Shown here: positions 43,404 through 44,370 of the stretch, in pieces
Position numbering within the stretch: position 1 is the first letter of the stretch
Layout of the letters: each line of letters starts with the position of its first letter
Origin: a virus
Taxonomy: Duplodnaviria; Caudoviricetes
IMG/VR virus record: IMGVR_UViG_3300024309_000095
Coordinates: 1 to 44,370 of that record
DNA length: 44,370 nt
Strand: one strand, 5' to 3'
The notes under the pieces: model-generated
Told to the model about the DNA's origin: nothing
What the model saw: the letters and a program-made list of their open reading frames with translations, nothing else
The model's database searches: none
Position numbers and translations under genes: made by a program

Positions 43404-43692
43404 GAACCAATTCTTCGGAACCAGCCGGGCTTGGTGACCCCGGCGGTGAGGCGCGGAACATAGCCAATTATTCCGGCATGACAAGTGTTAAATTCGCTTT
43501 TTCCAAAGTTTTTAAGCAAGCGGTTTCAAAGCTTCGATCCAACCTTTCCGCTCTTACCCGGAATTATATGTCCTGACGGCGCCCCGTCCCTTGAACAGTA
43601 CATGGAGGCAGTCTCAGAATATTGATTTTATGAAGAAAATTGTTGTGTTCCAGGAAAAATGAGTGCGATATTCAGGCTATGGGGACGAAATC

Positions 43693-44370
43693 ATGATGAA
43701 ACCTGAGTTGCTGATCCTGGGTAACAGCGAAAGCCGCGTGGTGGTTGTGGACGATTTTACCGGCGCCTGTGACCATATCCGCGCTCTGGCGTCGGACCTC
43801 GCCCCTTTCCCGCCCCATACCGTCTATTACCCCGGCGTCCGCCGCATCGTCACGCCGCAGGATACCACCGCGCATGACTATATGCACAGGCTCCTGATCG
43901 ACGCCTCACCCTATATCGGCGGCGCGTTCGATATTGACCGGTTTGACTGGATCGAGGGCAGTTTTTCCATGATAACACGGCCACCGGAAACCCTGGGGCC
44001 ACGCCAGCGCGCGCCACATATCGATACGGTCGAGGCGAAATACCTGGCTATCCTGCACTATCTCAGCGACACGCCAGGCACCGGCACCGCCTTTTTCCGC
44101 CAGCGTTCAACCGGCATCGAGCGGGTGACGGCAGATAATTTCGACCAGTATGTCGCCGCCGCGCAGGTCGATAATCCGCAGGCCACCGGCTATATAAACG
44201 GTTCCGACCCGTGGTTCGAGCAGATCGGCCAGGTTGACGCAAAACCAGACCGGCTGGTCATTTATGAAGGCTGTCTGCTGCACTCCGGCATTATTCCACC
44301 GGATATGGTGCTCAGCGATGATCCGCGGATTGGCCGACTGACGACCAATATCTTTATCAGAGGTCGCTAA
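43693..44370 (+). CDS. Host DUF6445-type 2OG-Fe(II) oxygenase-like protein
   Basis: VVVDDF, YPGVR, PHID (HxD), GTAFFR, DRLVIYEGCLLHSG, GRLT.N.F. Confidence 0.75.
   Translation: MMKPELLILGNSESRVVVVDDFTGACDHIRALASDLAPFPPHTVYYPGVRRIVTPQDTTAHDYMHRLLIDASPYIGGAFDIDRFDWIEGSFSMITRPPETLGPRQRAPHIDTVEAKYLAILHYLSDTPGTGTAFFRQRSTGIERVTADNFDQYVAAAQVDNPQATGYINGSDPWFEQIGQVDAKPDRLVIYEGCLLHSGIIPPDMVLSDDPRIGRLTTNIFIRGR

Overview
The window holds a complete-looking ~41 kb P2-like (contractile-tail) prophage at 2279-43376, integrated in the 3' end of a tRNA-Lys(CTT) gene and bounded by a 51-bp att direct repeat. The host is probably an alphaproteobacterium, likely Caulobacterales; this is inferred from the GapR-like domain, GTTC-N7-GTTC SOS boxes and the DUF6445-type neighbour. 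To the left is the end of a second island abutting the same att copy, with a P4-type integrase and a coiled-coil/TIR protein. To the right is one host oxygenase-like gene. The prophage has the P2 head and tail set (Q,P,O,N,M,L,X,R,S,J,I,H,V,W,FI,FII,E/E',T,U,D,ogr) in rearranged order. It also has an inverted lysis plus accessory-fibre block, a lambda-like cI/cro switch, a primase-helicase instead of gpA, and three DNA methyltransferases. The most striking observation is an in-frame 36 bp repeat / 30 bp spacer / 36 bp repeat unit inside an early gene (32536-32637). Its spacer is a perfect copy of another locus of the same phage (30422-30451), which resembles an off-target CRISPR spacer-integration event. 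Also notable are an apparent holin-SAR endolysin fusion, several LexA boxes (before a cos-proximal orphan gene, before a methyltransferase and beside the att arm repeats), a WYL-like insertion in gpS, and an FtsK-gamma/Zn/GapR fusion. All family assignments come from motif recognition by eye; no database searches were run.
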